A stretch of 64,000 bases of DNA from Candidatus Nanohaloarchaea archaeon (GTDB taxonomy: Archaea > Nanohalarchaeota > Nanosalinia > Nanosalinales > Nanosalinaceae): assembly GCA_014297435.1 (NCBI GenBank), contig JACOQA010000001.1:128001-192000 (forward strand), written 5' to 3'. Position numbers and translations under genes: made by a program. Under the pieces are notes generated by a model. It made no database searches and was not told the origin of the DNA. It saw only the letters and a list, made by a program, of their open reading frames with translations. This document shows positions 18,052-28,401 of this stretch, piece after piece; within the stretch, counting starts at the first letter, position 1, and every line of letters begins with the position of its first letter.

Positions 18052-19218
18052 ATGAAGGTTTCTATAATAAGCGACACCCACTTCGGATTCAAGTGGGGCG
18101 AAGAAAGAGGAGAAGACCCTTTTGAAAACGCCAAAGAAGCTTTTGAACGCACAAAAGACTCTGACCTGATAATTTTGCCTGGAGACATATTTGACAAAAA
18201 GATACCGAAACAGGAAGTACTAGATAAAGCTTCTGAAGTTTTCACAATCGCGATGGAGGGCGATAGAACGGTTGAAGCTGACAGAGACTTAGGAATGCAT
18301 GGAGAAGGCATTCCTCTTGCATCAATACATGGAACACACGAAAGAAGACCCAGGAGCTATACTAATCCGATCGAATTGATGGCAAAGACCGGTCACTTGC
18401 ACCATATCGACAATGACTGCACCGTTTTTGAGAAAGACGGTGAGAAAGTTGCGGTACACGGCATGAGCGGTGTGCCCGAAAGGTATGCGCCTAAAGTTCT
18501 CGAAAAGTTCGATCCACAACCTAAAGAAGATGCTTTCAACATACTTGTAATCCATCAATCAGTAGAAGGATTTGTATACACGGATGACAATCACGAATAT
18601 CTTTCTCTAGAAGACTTTCCTGAAGGATTCGATCTTATCATAAACGGTCATATCCACTGGTACAACCTAGAACGTTTTCCGGGAGACAAACCATTTATCC
18701 TGCCAGGATCCACTGTTACAACCCAGATGAACAAAGTCGAAGCAGAGAAAGACAAAGGATTCCTAACACTAGATACAGAAGAGGAAGAGCTGGATTTTCA
18801 TTCGCTGGAAAATCCAAGGGACGTAGAGTATATCGAGATAGACGTAGATAACGATCCGTGGGAGGAAGTCAAACAGGAGGCTGTAGAGGAACTTGAAAAA
18901 CTGGCTTCACGCGAAAAGAAACCTCTCGTAAACCTCAAGATAAGAGGAGAGACTGAAGGAAGAGTTAACCCGAGAGAACTGAAGCAGATGTTTCGTGACA
19001 GAATGTTCCTGAACGTCAACTCATCTATAGACACTTCGGGCGTTGGAGAGAAAGCTAGTATACAGGAAAGAACTGATCCGTGGCAGAAAGGAAAAAAGAT
19101 ACTTTCAGAAAAGATTGACTCAGAACTTGAGATCGAACAGGACGAGTTCCTACAGTTATTGACTGATGGGAAGCCGGATGAGGCAGAGTCTGTCCTCAAG
19201 GAGGCGGTAGACGAATGA
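18052..19218 (+). CDS. mre11: DNA repair nuclease Mre11
   Basis: SDTHFG, PGDIFD, HGTHE, IHQ, GHIH, PGS; overlaps rad50 start. Confidence 0.94.
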   Translation: MKVSIISDTHFGFKWGEERGEDPFENAKEAFERTKDSDLIILPGDIFDKKIPKQEVLDKASEVFTIAMEGDRTVEADRDLGMHGEGIPLASIHGTHERRPRSYTNPIELMAKTGHLHHIDNDCTVFEKDGEKVAVHGMSGVPERYAPKVLEKFDPQPKEDAFNILVIHQSVEGFVYTDDNHEYLSLEDFPEGFDLIINGHIHWYNLERFPGDKPFILPGSTVTTQMNKVEAEKDKGFLTLDTEEEELDFHSLENPRDVEYIEIDVDNDPWEEVKQEAVEELEKLASREKKPLVNLKIRGETEGRVNPRELKQMFRDRMFLNVNSSIDTSGVGEKASIQERTDPWQKGKKILSEKIDSELEIEQDEFLQLLTDGKPDEAESVLKEAVDE

Positions 19219-21473
19219 TTCAAAGGGTGGAAATGAAGAACTGGAAGTCTCACCATGAAACCGTTCTGGAGTTCGATCCCGGAGTAAACGCATTAATCGG
19301 GACGATGGGCTCCGGAAAATCGAGTGCGATGGAAGCAGTGGTATTTGCACTTTACGGCACAACACCGTCCCACAATTCCCGTCAAGTCACCTTAGATGAT
19401 TTGATTAGGAGGAATCCTTCAGAGGCAGCAGAAGCATCGGTCGAGGTAGAGTTTGAGCTAGGTGAAGATGTTTACACAGTTAAGAGAGAGCTGAAACGCG
19501 GTAAAGGAACGGAGAGAAGCGAGTTGCGTAAAGAAGGAGAACTTATTGAAGCACCTTCTACGCGTGAAGTAACTGAACAGGTAGAGAAGCTTCTCGGTCT
19601 TGACTTCAAAGCTTTTACCAGGGCGATTTACTCAGAGCAGAACAACTTGGATCTTTTCCTAAATATGAGACCAGGTCAGAGAAAGAAAAGAATCGATGAA
19701 CTTCTGAAGATCGACAGGTTCGAAACAGCCAGAAAAAACACGGTAAAGGTAGAGAATAACTTGAAGAAAGAGCTTGAAGCCAAGCAAGAGGAACTATCTG
19801 AGTTAGAAGACGAGATTGATGAAGAAGCACTTGAAGAACTAGAAGAAGAAGTTGAAGAAAAGAAGGAAGAGGTTGAGGATCTAGATGAAGGGCTTGGAAA
19901 GCTGGATGAGAAGATAGAGAACAGAGAGGAAGTGATCGAAGACTTAAAGCAGAAGAAGGAGAAGTTTGAGAAACTGGAGAAGAGAAAGACCAAGCTCGAA
20001 TCGAAGAAGGAGACGCTAGAAGAAAGACTTGAGAAGATAAAGGAGAAGCTTTCTGGCTACGAAAAACCTGAGAAACAGCTTAAAAAAGCTAGAGAGAGGA
20101 AAGAAGAACTCGAAAATATAAAAGAGAAAGTATCCGATCTTGAGAAAGACAGAGAGTTTGTGGAGAAAAAGATGGAAGAACTTGGAGAAGAGATAGAAGG
20201 TCTTGAGGAAGAGGTCAGTGAATACGAGAGGATGGAGGTAGTCGAGGAAAAACTTGAAACTCTGGAGAAAAAACTCGAGAAGATAAAGAAGAAAGGCAAC
20301 ACTAAGTACGCGGAGAGACAGACCCTAGAAGACTCCTTGGAGGACTTGAAAGATGCTGACGGCGAATGCCCTACCTGCGGCAGAGAGATGGATGAAGACC
20401 ATAGAGAAAAAGTTTTCAACGAGAGAAAAGAAAAGATCGCTAAGCTGAAAAAGCAAGAAAAACAGCTGAAAAAGAAGCTTGAAAAGAAAGATGAGAAGAG
20501 ACAGAAACTCCAAGAGAAAAAAGAAGAATTACTTGAATACAAATCCTCGGAAGAGAAACTTGAGAAGAAAACTGAAGAACTCGAAGAAAAACAGGAAAGT
20601 GCCAAAGAGATAGAAGAAAAGCTTGAGGAACTGGAGTTCGATGAAGAAGAACTTGAAAAACTGGAGGAAGAAATAGAAGAACTCGAATCGGTCGAGAAAA
20701 GAAGCGATTTGGAGAAAAAAGCCGAGCATCTTGACGAAAAGATCGAAGAGTCTTCGGAAGAACTTGAGGAGCTAGAATTCGATGAGGACGAATTGGAAAA
20801 GAAGAGAGAAAGGCTGTCAGAAATCAAGGAATCCAGAGCTGAGAAAAAGCAGAAGCTGAAGTCCGAGAAAGAACTTGTCGAAGAAAAGGAAAAACGTCTG
20901 GAACAGATGGAGAAACAGGTCGAAAAGAAGCAAGAACTTGAACAAAAGGTTTCCAGGCTTGACTCGGGTCTTGACTACATTCATGATTACAAGTCCGGGT
21001 TGGAGGAGACACAGGTATCGTTGAGACAGGTTTTCGTGGAGGAACTGAATGATCTGATGGATGAGATATGGAACTCTATCTATCCTTATGATGACTACTA
21101 TTCTTTGAGGTTGAACGCGGAGGAAGATTATGCTGTGGAAGTATTAGACTCTGAAAACTCATGGGTGAACGTTGAGGCAGAAGTATCGGGTGGAGAAAGG
21201 CACTCCGCGGCTTTAGTAATGCGTTTAGCGTTGAGTTATGCGCTTTCACCTAGGCTTCAGGTTTTGATGCTTGATGAGCCTACCCACAACATGGATTCTT
21301 CTGCGGTTGAGGAACTTGCTGAAACACTTCGGAAGAACTCTTCTGACCTAATGGATCAGCTTTTCCTTGTCACGCATGACCCGTCTCTAGAGTCGGCGGC
21401 GACCGGAAAGCTTTATCAGTTCGAGAAGAAAAATACGGAGAACGGATTAACGAAGGTAGAGGAAGTAAAGTAA
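19215..21473 (+). CDS. rad50: DNA repair ATPase Rad50
   Basis: GTMGSGKSS, long coiled coil, CPTCG zinc hook, SGGE, LDEPT, VTH. Confidence 0.96.
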   Translation: MIQRVEMKNWKSHHETVLEFDPGVNALIGTMGSGKSSAMEAVVFALYGTTPSHNSRQVTLDDLIRRNPSEAAEASVEVEFELGEDVYTVKRELKRGKGTERSELRKEGELIEAPSTREVTEQVEKLLGLDFKAFTRAIYSEQNNLDLFLNMRPGQRKKRIDELLKIDRFETARKNTVKVENNLKKELEAKQEELSELEDEIDEEALEELEEEVEEKKEEVEDLDEGLGKLDEKIENREEVIEDLKQKKEKFEKLEKRKTKLESKKETLEERLEKIKEKLSGYEKPEKQLKKARERKEELENIKEKVSDLEKDREFVEKKMEELGEEIEGLEEEVSEYERMEVVEEKLETLEKKLEKIKKKGNTKYAERQTLEDSLEDLKDADGECPTCGREMDEDHREKVFNERKEKIAKLKKQEKQLKKKLEKKDEKRQKLQEKKEELLEYKSSEEKLEKKTEELEEKQESAKEIEEKLEELEFDEEELEKLEEEIEELESVEKRSDLEKKAEHLDEKIEESSEELEELEFDEDELEKKRERLSEIKESRAEKKQKLKSEKELVEEKEKRLEQMEKQVEKKQELEQKVSRLDSGLDYIHDYKSGLEETQVSLRQVFVEELNDLMDEIWNSIYPYDDYYSLRLNAEEDYAVEVLDSENSWVNVEAEVSGGERHSAALVMRLALSYALSPRLQVLMLDEPTHNMDSSAVEELAETLRKNSSDLMDQLFLVTHDPSLESAATGKLYQFEKKNTENGLTKVEEVK

Positions 21474-21513
21474 GCCCCTCGGTTTAAATTCTCCTTTAAT
21501 TTAAACTTAAAAC

Positions 21514-22284
21514 ATGTCTCTAGAGCAACCGAAAGGACAATCTAATAACACGACTGCGCCCAGAGATCCGCCAGAAGAGGCTTCCTGGGAAAAGGTAGGT
21601 GACCTATTAACAGAGGTTTTGGAGGAGTCAGAGCAACTTGTATCGGAGACGGAGAACTTCTTTGAACTGCTTGAAAGAACGGAAAACGGTTTCTTAGAGG
21701 ACTTGAAACGGAAAGTAGGTATCAAAAAGAAAGTGGAAGACCTGAAGGCTTTTGAGGGAGAGGTCGAAGAACAGGAAGAAATCCTTTATCACTATCTTGG
21801 AACTTTCCAGTCGGCGATCCAGAAAACTCGAAAATCACTTTACCTGACTAGTCGGCATAAAGTTTCAGGAAGAAACGGTCTTGACTATTTAGTTGAACAG
21901 CACTATGATGACGTTGAGACTTTTGTCGAGTCGGATCCGGACGATATACTTTACCATGCTTCTGTAAACTCGAGCTATAACCAGGCGGCTAGAGGTTACG
22001 AGTTTGATCCGCGTATAGAAGCTGCAGCTGATGTACTGGTGATGGTTGATGATGTGGAGTCAAAAGTTGAAAGGGTTGAAGGATCCCTAAAGCAACTTGT
22101 TGAAAATATTAAGTCAGAGATAGAGGAGAAAGATTCTAGAGATAACGTAGACCACATTTTAGGTGTTTTAGTTGAGAAATCCAGAAAGTATGAGGAACTG
22201 GAGAGAATGGACTCCGACTTAAGGAGAGCTGTTAATCTGGCTGAGAGAAAGATGGGGAAGAAGCCTTTGAATCATATCACATGA
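21514..22284 (+). CDS. Hypothetical helical/coiled-coil protein
   Basis: 256 aa acidic ORF; no NurA motifs seen. Confidence 0.7.
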   Translation: MSLEQPKGQSNNTTAPRDPPEEASWEKVGDLLTEVLEESEQLVSETENFFELLERTENGFLEDLKRKVGIKKKVEDLKAFEGEVEEQEEILYHYLGTFQSAIQKTRKSLYLTSRHKVSGRNGLDYLVEQHYDDVETFVESDPDDILYHASVNSSYNQAARGYEFDPRIEAAADVLVMVDDVESKVERVEGSLKQLVENIKSEIEEKDSRDNVDHILGVLVEKSRKYEELERMDSDLRRAVNLAERKMGKKPLNHIT

Positions 22285-23728
22285 ACGCTTCGGCATCGTC
22301 ACTTTTCTGCTCTTCCTCTTCCCGCCACTCTTCTAAAGCGTGTTCGAGTCCTTCACCGGAACTAGACTCCTTTGACTTCCTTGTTCTTACATCGATAAAT
22401 GTAGGGTAGTTAACGGCTTCTCCTATAACTATTCCCTCTCCAGTTTTTAGACCGGGTATCTGGGCTTTAACTTCTGATGTTATCCCTTCGCTAGACTGGG
22501 CGATATGCTCCAGGTCGTTGGGGTTCGTAACTCTTAGAATAAACTGTGTGTTGCACTGTGAGAGAGCTGTTGTCGAAAGTTTTACTGGTCTCTGTGATAT
22601 AAGCCCGAGCGAGCAGTGGAACTTTCTTCCTTCTCTTGCGATCTTCTCAATAATACTTCTTGAGGGGGAGGGAGCGGAGTTCTGTGCGAAGTTATGCGCT
22701 TCCTCGAAAAGCATTAATACTGGTGGAATGTTGCCCTGCCTTCTCTTCTTAAAGAACTGGTTTGTAAAGAATGCTGCGATAATCTGCTTCTTCTGATGGT
22801 CGATCGTTTCACTTAGGTCGATTATGTTGAGTTTGCCTGGCTCTACGTCTTTCTTGCTTGGCGAGTTCGATCTTCCGAAAATATTCATTCCCTGAAGCTT
22901 TCTCAGCTTTCTCATTAAAGCATATTTTACTTTGTCGTTCATCTCCTTTCTTTCAAGTCTATTTTCTACATCTTCCAGGTTGAAGTCTTTGTTTTCACCT
23001 CTCTGAAGGTTTCTTAGTACTTCGTTCAGTTCTTCTCTCTGTGGACCGCTCATTCCGTTGAAGAAGCCGGCGATCTGATCTGCACTAAGATCTTTTACAG
23101 CGATCGAAATATTCTGGTCTCTGAAGACCTTGGTTCTGTCCATGTAGTTCTCGTCTTCCGCAAAACAGGTGTAGTCTCCGTGTGGATCGACAGCTACGAT
23201 TGCTGGAGATTTTTGTCTGTCGAGAAGTTCTTCTAACATTACTGAGGTCGAGTATGATTTCCCGGCTCCGGACTGTGCGAGCACAGCGAAGTGTTTCTGA
23301 AGTGTGTCGGTCATGTCGAAGCTTGCCGCCAAGTTTTGTTGCTGCACCTCTCCAAGCTCTAGACCATTTTCATCGAGACCTAGAAATTCTCTTACAAGTT
23401 CTGACTTTGCTTTCTTTACACTGGTTCCGGGTCTAGGCGACTTGGTGACCCGTCTGATCATGTCTTCTTTGAACTTTCCCATGATAGAGACCTTTGCAAT
23501 AGAAACCTCCCAGTCATCCACAGGAAACTTCTGCCTTACGTCCATCTCGGACACGCTCTCCGCGTCTTCGAAGTATTCGTTTGCCTTGTAGACCTCTGCG
23601 ATCCTTCCTATAACAGTTCCATCGTTTTGAAGCTGGACAAAACCTCCCTTACCTATGTCCAGTTCTTCGTGGACCATGAAGAACTCTCTGCTTGTAGGTG
23701 TATCGCCGCGCTGTATAACCGTCGCCAT
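22277..23728 (-). CDS. herA: HerA-family helicase/ATPase
   Basis: N-terminal HAS-barrel-like region, HFAVLAQSGAGKSY, DPHGDY, EEAHNF, REGRKF, SQRP. Confidence 0.93.
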   Translation of the reverse strand: MATVIQRGDTPTSREFFMVHEELDIGKGGFVQLQNDGTVIGRIAEVYKANEYFEDAESVSEMDVRQKFPVDDWEVSIAKVSIMGKFKEDMIRRVTKSPRPGTSVKKAKSELVREFLGLDENGLELGEVQQQNLAASFDMTDTLQKHFAVLAQSGAGKSYSTSVMLEELLDRQKSPAIVAVDPHGDYTCFAEDENYMDRTKVFRDQNISIAVKDLSADQIAGFFNGMSGPQREELNEVLRNLQRGENKDFNLEDVENRLERKEMNDKVKYALMRKLRKLQGMNIFGRSNSPSKKDVEPGKLNIIDLSETIDHQKKQIIAAFFTNQFFKKRRQGNIPPVLMLFEEAHNFAQNSAPSPSRSIIEKIAREGRKFHCSLGLISQRPVKLSTTALSQCNTQFILRVTNPNDLEHIAQSSEGITSEVKAQIPGLKTGEGIVIGEAVNYPTFIDVRTRKSKESSSGEGLEHALEEWREEEEQKSDDAEAFM

Positions 23729-23746
23729 ACCCTATAGTTGGACGAG

Positions 23747-23760
23747 AACGGTTTTAACTC
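23747..23760 (-). promoter_or_regulatory. Putative TATA-containing promoter of leaderless herA
   Basis: GAGTTAAAACCGTT with GTTAAAAC 23-30 nt upstream of ATG; near-identical element at the same spacing before srp54. Confidence 0.45.
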
Positions 23761-26700
23761 TGGAGGAAGAAGAACACAGAACTTATCATCGTAATTATTG
23801 CTAGCTGGACAGCGGTAATTCCGGGAACGTTCTCCGGCTCTCCCTGTCTAGGTCCGTCTCTCGAGCCTGTATCGGAAACTGTTACCGTGATGTTGTCTCT
23901 TCCGTAGAAGTTGGTGTTCACACCTTCAGCTTCTATCTCAACATTGTCCATGTCCTCTTCTAGGTCGCCATCGATATCTGTTGAACCGCCCGTCACCTCT
24001 ATACTGAACTGTTTAGAGGATCTTGCAGGAATGGTGGTCTGGAAGCTCTGGGAGTCGCTGTTCGCGAACCTGGTGAACTGGAATGCGCTTACACCGTCAA
24101 AGTTCTCTACTAGTGAGACGTCGAACTCTGTTGGTTCATCTCTGACATTGATAACCTGGAATGATGCTGTAGACTTCTCTCCGCTTGGTACCTGTAAAGT
24201 GTTTTCCATTATGTTCAATGGGTAATCTCTGTGCCAAAAGCCGTTGAAACAAGTCATACTTACTGATTCCTGTCCCAAGTCGACACTCACTTCGTCTCCT
24301 GGCGCGAACAGCTGTCTGTTCCTTAATTCATCGTTCGGAATGCTTGTATCATAGTCCATGGTTGATTCGTCGAGGATACAGCTTTCCGGATTTCTTGCAA
24401 CACCGATAACATCTCTTCTTGTTTCACAGAGATTGTTGGCGCATTGTTGTGTTACAAGATATTCGCCTTCATCGTCTCCGCCGCAAAACCCTAGAGTTGC
24501 GATCGTCTGATTGTTGGATGTCGCTGATACTTCTCTAGAACCTGAAGGAACCGGGGACTGAGTGTTGAAGTTCCAGTCTCCTGAAACATTAGTTTCTAGT
24601 CCTGTATTGCCGTTCGTAAGACCAGAGAACATGTTTGCTCCTTGATCTTGTATCAACTGGTTCCAGTCATCATCAATACCGCCCCTGACAGAAGTTGGGT
24701 GATCTTTGATATAATCTGCGTCAAACCATCTTACACCGATAGATCCGTATAGGGAGTTGGTATCACACGTCTCCTGTGCGCCGTCACCATCGAGATCCCC
24801 ATAGTCTTGGTCATACCACACGGATTGCCCGTCAACACTTTGAGCACAGTACTCCCTGTCGTTCTTTAATCTTCCTATATTCTCGTCCCACTCATCGGTC
24901 TGTTGGTAACTTCCTCTCTCGAAAAGCTTAGAATCTGAGGCGCTGAAGTCAACACAGTTCGTTCTAGTATTTGTGCATGCGTACTGTCCGTCAAATCTTG
25001 CAGGTAGATGTGATTCTCCCATCTCCTCCACAAGGAACTCTTTCCTATCATCTCCGCACATAGGAGGTTCGAGCTGTGTAACAGTTTCTCCAACATTATA
25101 ATCAGGGAATTCTGGGCTTCTCGCTCCTCTCCAGTTTCTTCCATCATTTTGTGCGTCACCCATTACGTTTCCGTCCTCTCCTTCATCTGTCATTCCATCG
25201 TTATCATTGTTCTCATTGTCTAGCTCTCCTTCCCAGTAGATATCCGTTCTTACAAGGCTGTTGGATTCTCCTCTGAACTTTGAGCCGGAAGGGTTTTGAG
25301 TGCCAATGTCGTACCCGAGTCCTGAATCGGGTCCTGTAAGATCTATTCCAAATCTTAGTGATTGCCACCAGGAATTATCGTCATGAGTTAGTTTCACGCG
25401 GTTTTCCATTTCAAGCTCTCTCATCCGGTCAGGGTCTATCCAGACACCATCATTGGTTTTAATTTGGTTTCCATTGTCATCTTCAGTTCCGTCGATTTTT
25501 GATTTAGCTACTGCAGCCCATGAGTTTCCATGAACCTTTGATGCTTTCATAACGCTGTCTGAGTCGTAGTCAGACCGATCACTTCCTTCTCCGCCACCCC
25601 ATGTGTATGTTCCATATGGCGGGAACGGAAGTCCTGTGGATGATATAACCCATTCGGGGCTTGGTGTATAGGCCCATCTATCTACTTGTTCGTTTCCAAG
25701 GGATGACTTCCATCCGTTTTCTGCTTCTGGAGGCCATCCACCGCTTTCCATCATGTTAAAAGTTGATGTGTCCATTTCTGGTTCAAATTGGTCGGATAAG
25801 TCCTGCATTTTGTTATGGAATCCTCTATAGCCTTCAAGAGCTGTTTGTGCCTTTGATGTATCCCCTTCAGGATTGTAGTCGTCATCTCTTCTTCTATCGT
25901 AAGGCTGTGCATCTTCTCCTTGCCTAATTTTTCCAAAGAATCCGTAAAATGTTCCTGTTCGGGCGTCACTTCCGTCAGTTGTCGAGGTTCCGAGAACTGC
26001 TTCCTGATCATCGCAGCCCCATAAAGTATCGGCCTGAAGTGGACCGTTCCGACCTATGAAATCGGAGTTACCACAATCATCTTCTAATGCAATACCAGTG
26101 TTTCCGCCTTGTGGATTGTACTTAGGATGCTGTCTGTCAGGATTCTCTCTCCAGTAATAGCCTATCCTGTGTTCGTCGGATGTATCGGAGTCATATCCGG
26201 GTATGTCCGATGTAGTGATGTCGCCTGAGTTTATGGCTTTTTGTGCAAGACTGGAGTCAAGATCGTACCACTCTCCTCCGTTATCAGTATTGTCTTTATT
26301 ATCGCCTATGTTGTCTCCGGCCATAGAGTCAACTTCTTCGTTATCATTGTATTCTTCAATGTCGAGGCAAACTTCGTAATCTGCAGATTTCTCTCCTTTC
26401 TCGTATCTTCGGTCATTAGGGTTAATATCTTTGACTGTTCCTTCTGGAACTGTTTTACCTTTAAGGACACATGCATCTCTGTCGTTTAGAGGGTCAACAG
26501 GAGTCTCTGTATCAACGCAGGACTGGAAATGCCCTGTATTTTCTGAGAACTTTGAATCATCGACTTCAGGACCTTCTTTGTAAATCGGGTATTCTCCGGG
26601 TTCATCTCCCCATACGCGTCCACATCCGTTATCTCCAGGTTCTAGGATTGTGCTGGATCCGGTGTTTCCGTCATCGTCTCGGTCTACGGAGCATTCAATT

Positions 26701-28166
26701 AGTCTATCAGTTTTACCGGTTTGGTCCTGATAAATGCGGTTTATAGCTTTACAGACTGACATGCTTTCCGTAGGTTTGAACGTTCTTACATCGATCTTTA
26801 TAGCCTGTTCGTAGTCGTACCATACTGGAGCGTTGCTACCGGGGGAACTGGTTCCTTCTTTGGTCCACATGTCAACATATTTGAGACAAGTTGTTTTTTC
26901 GCCGGGACAGCTTGCACTAAATCCTGATAGGGACGGAAGTTCGGCTGTATGGCGGGTAGGTTCTTCGCCGTTTTTGCTTACCATTACTTTTTTGCCTACC
27001 ATGTGTGATTCATCAGGACTTTCGCGGGCGACGATGTTTCCTTCGTTAATTACTACGAATCCATCTCCGTTGCCGTTAGGTCCGTCTGCGTCAACGGTTT
27101 TGGTGCTTTCGAAACCGCACCAAACTTGGTCGTTACCGTTATGTGCTGTGAAGTCGGTTAATGTTGCGGCAGGATCATTGTCTGGTTTATTTGGGTATTC
27201 GTCATCGTAGTGGTCGCTTTCCCCTCCTCCTGTATCCCCGCCGCCATCGACAACGTTGTGCTGGTTGCAGTCATATCTTGAGATATCGTGTTCGTTGCTG
27301 TATGTTGGTGCAGTACTGCAAGGACCTTTTTTGGGACATGAGAGAACACAGCTGCCGAATTGAGAGCAGTATTTGTCATGTCTTAGTATGGTGTCTCCAT
27401 CCGTGGTAAAACCTGTTAATGTGCCTGTGTAAGGACTTTGTGGGCATCCGCTTCCGCAGTCAGGATCATTAGGTATTTCATTGTTGTTTCTTACGTGGTA
27501 TGATTCGTAGATTCTTCCGTAATCGGCTCGGCAGTTGGTAGATCCTGCTGTACTTGTGTCTTTTGCTGTTTCTCCTGTTACGTAGTCTTCTTCGTTGTTT
27601 GTTTGTTCTCCATCTCCGCAGGTGATTGGCTCTCCTATAATTGTGTTTGTTCCGCTTATTCGTTGTCCGTTGTTTGGTGGGTCAATTGCTCTTTTGTTCT
27701 TTAGCACGGTTCCTGTAGGGAAGTTGGTGTATGTTTCTGATTCGTTATCTCCGCCACCCCAGTTTCCGTCTTTTCCATCTATATTTGTTATGTAGTTTTC
27801 GGTGAAAGGGTCTAGTGAATCTTGGGTTGAGCCTCCGTTGTTGAGAACTGTTTGTTTGACTTTTGTTCTTCCTTTATAGAAGACGGAGGGGTCGTGTTGG
27901 AGGTCGAGCGGGCTGCCTTCGTATTCGGTTGTTAGTACGTTTGTTAGGTCTGTGTCCCATACGCTGGCTTCTGTGTTGTCGGCGTAGTAGGGTTGAACAC
28001 ATCCGGGGTCAAGCCCGTCAATCATTCCGTCTTCGTCGTCGTGCTGGTTGTTGTTACATTTGGTTACGTCGTTTCCGGAGCCGATTCCTTCGTATGCGGT
28101 GGCTGATAGTATCATTCCGAGAAGTGTTAACGTCAGCAACAGGGTTTTGACGTGTTTCACATTCAA
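23754..28166 (-). CDS. Large (1470 aa) Cys/Asp-rich secreted surface protein with C-terminal anchor
   Basis: Sec signal; CNNNQHDDEDGMIDGLDPGC; repeated CG(x)DDxxE(F/Y) and WYDxD; C-terminal VPG plus TM. Confidence 0.85.
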   Translation of the reverse strand: MNVKHVKTLLLTLTLLGMILSATAYEGIGSGNDVTKCNNNQHDDEDGMIDGLDPGCVQPYYADNTEASVWDTDLTNVLTTEYEGSPLDLQHDPSVFYKGRTKVKQTVLNNGGSTQDSLDPFTENYITNIDGKDGNWGGGDNESETYTNFPTGTVLKNKRAIDPPNNGQRISGTNTIIGEPITCGDGEQTNNEEDYVTGETAKDTSTAGSTNCRADYGRIYESYHVRNNNEIPNDPDCGSGCPQSPYTGTLTGFTTDGDTILRHDKYCSQFGSCVLSCPKKGPCSTAPTYSNEHDISRYDCNQHNVVDGGGDTGGGESDHYDDEYPNKPDNDPAATLTDFTAHNGNDQVWCGFESTKTVDADGPNGNGDGFVVINEGNIVARESPDESHMVGKKVMVSKNGEEPTRHTAELPSLSGFSASCPGEKTTCLKYVDMWTKEGTSSPGSNAPVWYDYEQAIKIDVRTFKPTESMSVCKAINRIYQDQTGKTDRLIECSVDRDDDGNTGSSTILEPGDNGCGRVWGDEPGEYPIYKEGPEVDDSKFSENTGHFQSCVDTETPVDPLNDRDACVLKGKTVPEGTVKDINPNDRRYEKGEKSADYEVCLDIEEYNDNEEVDSMAGDNIGDNKDNTDNGGEWYDLDSSLAQKAINSGDITTSDIPGYDSDTSDEHRIGYYWRENPDRQHPKYNPQGGNTGIALEDDCGNSDFIGRNGPLQADTLWGCDDQEAVLGTSTTDGSDARTGTFYGFFGKIRQGEDAQPYDRRRDDDYNPEGDTSKAQTALEGYRGFHNKMQDLSDQFEPEMDTSTFNMMESGGWPPEAENGWKSSLGNEQVDRWAYTPSPEWVISSTGLPFPPYGTYTWGGGEGSDRSDYDSDSVMKASKVHGNSWAAVAKSKIDGTEDDNGNQIKTNDGVWIDPDRMRELEMENRVKLTHDDNSWWQSLRFGIDLTGPDSGLGYDIGTQNPSGSKFRGESNSLVRTDIYWEGELDNENNDNDGMTDEGEDGNVMGDAQNDGRNWRGARSPEFPDYNVGETVTQLEPPMCGDDRKEFLVEEMGESHLPARFDGQYACTNTRTNCVDFSASDSKLFERGSYQQTDEWDENIGRLKNDREYCAQSVDGQSVWYDQDYGDLDGDGAQETCDTNSLYGSIGVRWFDADYIKDHPTSVRGGIDDDWNQLIQDQGANMFSGLTNGNTGLETNVSGDWNFNTQSPVPSGSREVSATSNNQTIATLGFCGGDDEGEYLVTQQCANNLCETRRDVIGVARNPESCILDESTMDYDTSIPNDELRNRQLFAPGDEVSVDLGQESVSMTCFNGFWHRDYPLNIMENTLQVPSGEKSTASFQVINVRDEPTEFDVSLVENFDGVSAFQFTRFANSDSQSFQTTIPARSSKQFSIEVTGGSTDIDGDLEEDMDNVEIEAEGVNTNFYGRDNITVTVSDTGSRDGPRQGEPENVPGITAVQLAIITMISSVFFFLQS

Positions 28167-28401
28167 GGGTTTCTCGAGCCTGTATAAATAATCTTCCGGG
28201 TTAGGAGAGTCTTCCTAAAATGTTAAGTTGTTACTTATCGATGCTGAAAACAGCCCGATGTTTTAAATAGTTTGGAGACTAATTACTATTTAGTCACAAC
28301 CAGTTTGGACGGGTTTACTTAAGCCCGAAAAAACAAAAATACAATCAAAACATGAATTTAGCGACCCCGATCTCCCTCCTCAACCAACGTGAACACCAAA
28401 A

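Noticed and set aside
20620-20802. Duplicated LEELEFDE(E/D)ELEK segment in Rad50
   Set aside because: Diverged at synonymous sites; ordinary coiled-coil repetition, not a DNA repeat array
19615-21012. Long Ser/Phe-rich minus-strand ORFs (e.g. 20057..20827)
   Set aside because: Antisense shadows of Glu/Lys codons in the Rad50 coiled coil; the same applies to most nested ORFs in the track
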